Part shown: positions 62,623 to 64,000 of the stretch, one piece after another
How the letters are laid out: the number at the start of each line of letters is the position of its first letter
How positions within the stretch are numbered: the stretch's first letter is position 1
Origin: a virus
DNA: 64,000 nucleotides
Direction: 5' to 3' (one strand)
Virus record (IMG/VR): IMGVR_UViG_3300045988_127492
Location: 32,001 to 96,000 of that record
The notes under the pieces: generated by a model
What the model was told of the DNA's origin: nothing
Database searches by the model: none
What the model saw: only the letters and a program-made list of their open reading frames with translations
Position numbers and translations under genes: made by a program

Positions 62623-63318
62623 CTAATCTGACAACTTTTCATTGTATTTTTCTTTTAGTTTTTCATAAGCGAGATGTGCTTCATATTCTGTTTCATATCT
62701 TCCACCATATATATTTTTACTATTGTGAACATATGTGACCTGCCATTTTCCATCTTTTAGTCTTGTTACACCTACATATCTTGATGTTGTTGTTAATTTT
62801 CTCCTGCCAAGCATTTCATCGAAATTAATTCTATTTGGTAAAAACATGCATGTCTCTATTGAGTATATTTTATTATTACTTCCAATATATGACATATCTT
62901 TATCTAATTGAATTTCTCCTTTTAAAAATTTTTGTTCATTATACCCTTTTATATTAGGGATATCTTTATAGAAATATTCAAAACACAACCATCTGTCGCA
63001 TACCCGTATTCCCTTCTCCCCGTACAATTTATATCCCTTATGATTTTTGTTGTAACATCTTTCAATCATAAATTTCCATAAATTAAATTCTTTCTTATGA
63101 TTGGATTTTTTTATATCGCCTTGACAGGCAACGCCATAATAAATAGGATAGTAAGGATCTCTTATTTCTCCATATATAACGCAAGATGCACATATATCTT
63201 TTTCATAATTAGTTAATAAAAATCTCACTCTATATTTCTGAGAATTATATCTTTTTATAATCTCATAATCTCCATATTTATTGGATTTTCTTATATCTCC
63301 AACTTTAATTTTACTCAT
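62623..63318 (-). CDS. AP2-domain DNA-binding protein, probable free-standing homing-endonuclease-like gene
   Basis: C-terminal YVGVTRLKDGKWQVTYVHNSKNIYGGRYETEYEAHLAYE is an AP2 fold signature. GIRVCDRWLCFEYFYKDI is common in phage endonuclease-like proteins (from memory). Confidence 0.45.
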   Translation of the reverse strand: MSKIKVGDIRKSNKYGDYEIIKRYNSQKYRVRFLLTNYEKDICASCVIYGEIRDPYYPIYYGVACQGDIKKSNHKKEFNLWKFMIERCYNKNHKGYKLYGEKGIRVCDRWLCFEYFYKDIPNIKGYNEQKFLKGEIQLDKDMSYIGSNNKIYSIETCMFLPNRINFDEMLGRRKLTTTSRYVGVTRLKDGKWQVTYVHNSKNIYGGRYETEYEAHLAYEKLKEKYNEKLSD

Positions 63319-63877
63319 TTATGGCCTCAATCTGAAGTGATTTTAAAATTAACACCGTATTTTTATACATTTCTGTAGTAGTTGCAGCAGTACATTTTAA
63401 ATCAATAAATATATTTGCTTCTGGAAAAGCTGTTTTTAATAATACCAAATTAGTAATAACACATACATCCAAGCACAAACCACAAAGCTCTATGAAATAT
63501 TCGCCCTGAATTTCCTTATTTTCCGTTATAAATGGCTTTAAATATTCAATGAGTTCAAGAGATCCGAATGTATGTTTTAATATAGGTTTGTAATAACTGT
63601 ATCCTCTTAAACAATTGTAAATACTATCTTCAATTTGCCAACCATCTGAACTAACAATACAGTGCTTTATAGGTAATTTTTTACCTTCATTTGTCTCTAA
63701 GTAATCAGCATAATGAGTATCTTGTGTAGATATAATAATGCCATTATTTGATTTATACTCTTCAATTTTTTTCACTATATTTGGTACAACTGCCTGAGCT
63801 TCCGGTGTACCTAGCGAACCTGTCACAAAATCATTCTGCACATCAACTACAATCAGAACTTTCTTTTTACTTTCCAC
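63311..63877 (-). CDS. pncA: Isochorismatase-family nicotinamidase
   Basis: GTG start after GGAGGT. Motifs LIVVDVQNDF, TQDTH, KHC and CGLCLDVCV (catalytic Cys region). Confidence 0.7.
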   Translation of the reverse strand: MESKKKVLIVVDVQNDFVTGSLGTPEAQAVVPNIVKKIEEYKSNNGIIISTQDTHYADYLETNEGKKLPIKHCIVSSDGWQIEDSIYNCLRGYSYYKPILKHTFGSLELIEYLKPFITENKEIQGEYFIELCGLCLDVCVITNLVLLKTAFPEANIFIDLKCTAATTTEMYKNTVLILKSLQIEAINE

Positions 63878-64000
63878 AAATATTACCTCCGATAATCATT
63901 TTCCCAAATGGATACTCGACAATTCCATAGCTGCATAGGACTTCCATTTCTTTAGTTGGATCATTTCCACACACCTCTAACAATGCCTCAACTTCTTCTA
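63867..64000 (-). CDS. Hypothetical protein, C-terminal fragment (5' end lies outside the window)
   Basis: Open frame from the window edge ending ...GKMIIGGNICGK*. It overlaps the pncA start by 11 nt. Confidence 0.3.
   Translation of the reverse strand, partial: EEVEALLEVCGNDPTKEMEVLCSYGIVEYPFGKMIIGGNICGK

Noticed and set aside
1-64000. CRISPR arrays, rRNA genes, tRNA genes and IS/transposon ends.
   Set aside because: Reading the few intergenic regions revealed no regularly spaced direct repeats, no rRNA-like stretches, no cloverleaf-capable sequences and no transposase ORFs. The only mobile elements seen are the introns and the homing-endonuclease genes.

Overview
The window is AT-rich, densely coding phage DNA from a temperate, siphovirus-like phage. 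The AGGAGG-type ribosome-binding sites (RBSs) and the domain families point to a low-GC Gram-positive, Clostridia-like host. All homology calls were made by eye from the supplied translations; no search was run.

Layout:
1. 1-16.4 kb, + strand: the end of the tape measure gene, then the distal tail protein (Dit), a 1849-aa tail-tip protein (Tal-like), tail-fibre genes and a lysis region. The endolysin has three parts (GH25 muramidase, CHAP peptidase, two SH3 domains) and sits directly after a free-standing GIY-YIG homing endonuclease. A two-gene cassette follows: a small protein plus a retropepsin-like aspartic protease.
2. 16.4-19.0 kb: the probable phage attachment site (attP), one accessory ('moron') gene, a tyrosine integrase and an excisionase. 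Phage genes lie on both sides, so this is the non-integrated arrangement.
3. 19-46 kb, - strand: nucleotide metabolism, replication/recombination and candidate RNA-repair genes.
   - Nucleotide metabolism: a guanylate-kinase-like kinase, a divergent ThyX-like protein, an HPr-like protein, dUTPase, Dam methylase, class II ribonucleotide reductase, and a deoxyribosyltransferase-like protein.
   - Replication/recombination: RecD-like helicase, Pol III alpha, a Cas4-like nuclease, primase, DnaB-like helicase, a Sak4-like ATPase and an SSB-like protein.
   - RNA repair candidates: an HD hydrolase, a DraRnl/Rnl5-like ligase and a metallophosphoesterase.
   - Both nrdJ and dnaE are interrupted by group I introns that carry LAGLIDADG homing endonucleases.
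4. 46.6-46.9 kb: a structured non-coding island. It carries a near-consensus promoter and a strong RBS in front of a 46-aa hydrophobic ORF, all on the strand opposite to every neighbouring gene. This is a candidate type I toxin.
5. 46.9-55 kb, - strand: an unusual envelope/Ca2+ block made of SPFH, PspA-like, TerD, vWA(TerF-type), a P-type Ca2+-ATPase and a Pol-beta nucleotidyltransferase, with NADAR and several tiny membrane peptides interspersed.
6. 55-64 kb, - strand: uncharacterised paralogues, one of them frameshifted at an A6 tract, followed by an NAD+/ADP-ribose island (NadE, macro domain, NAMPT-family, Prs-family, nicotinamidase).

No rRNA, credible tRNA or CRISPR array was seen.
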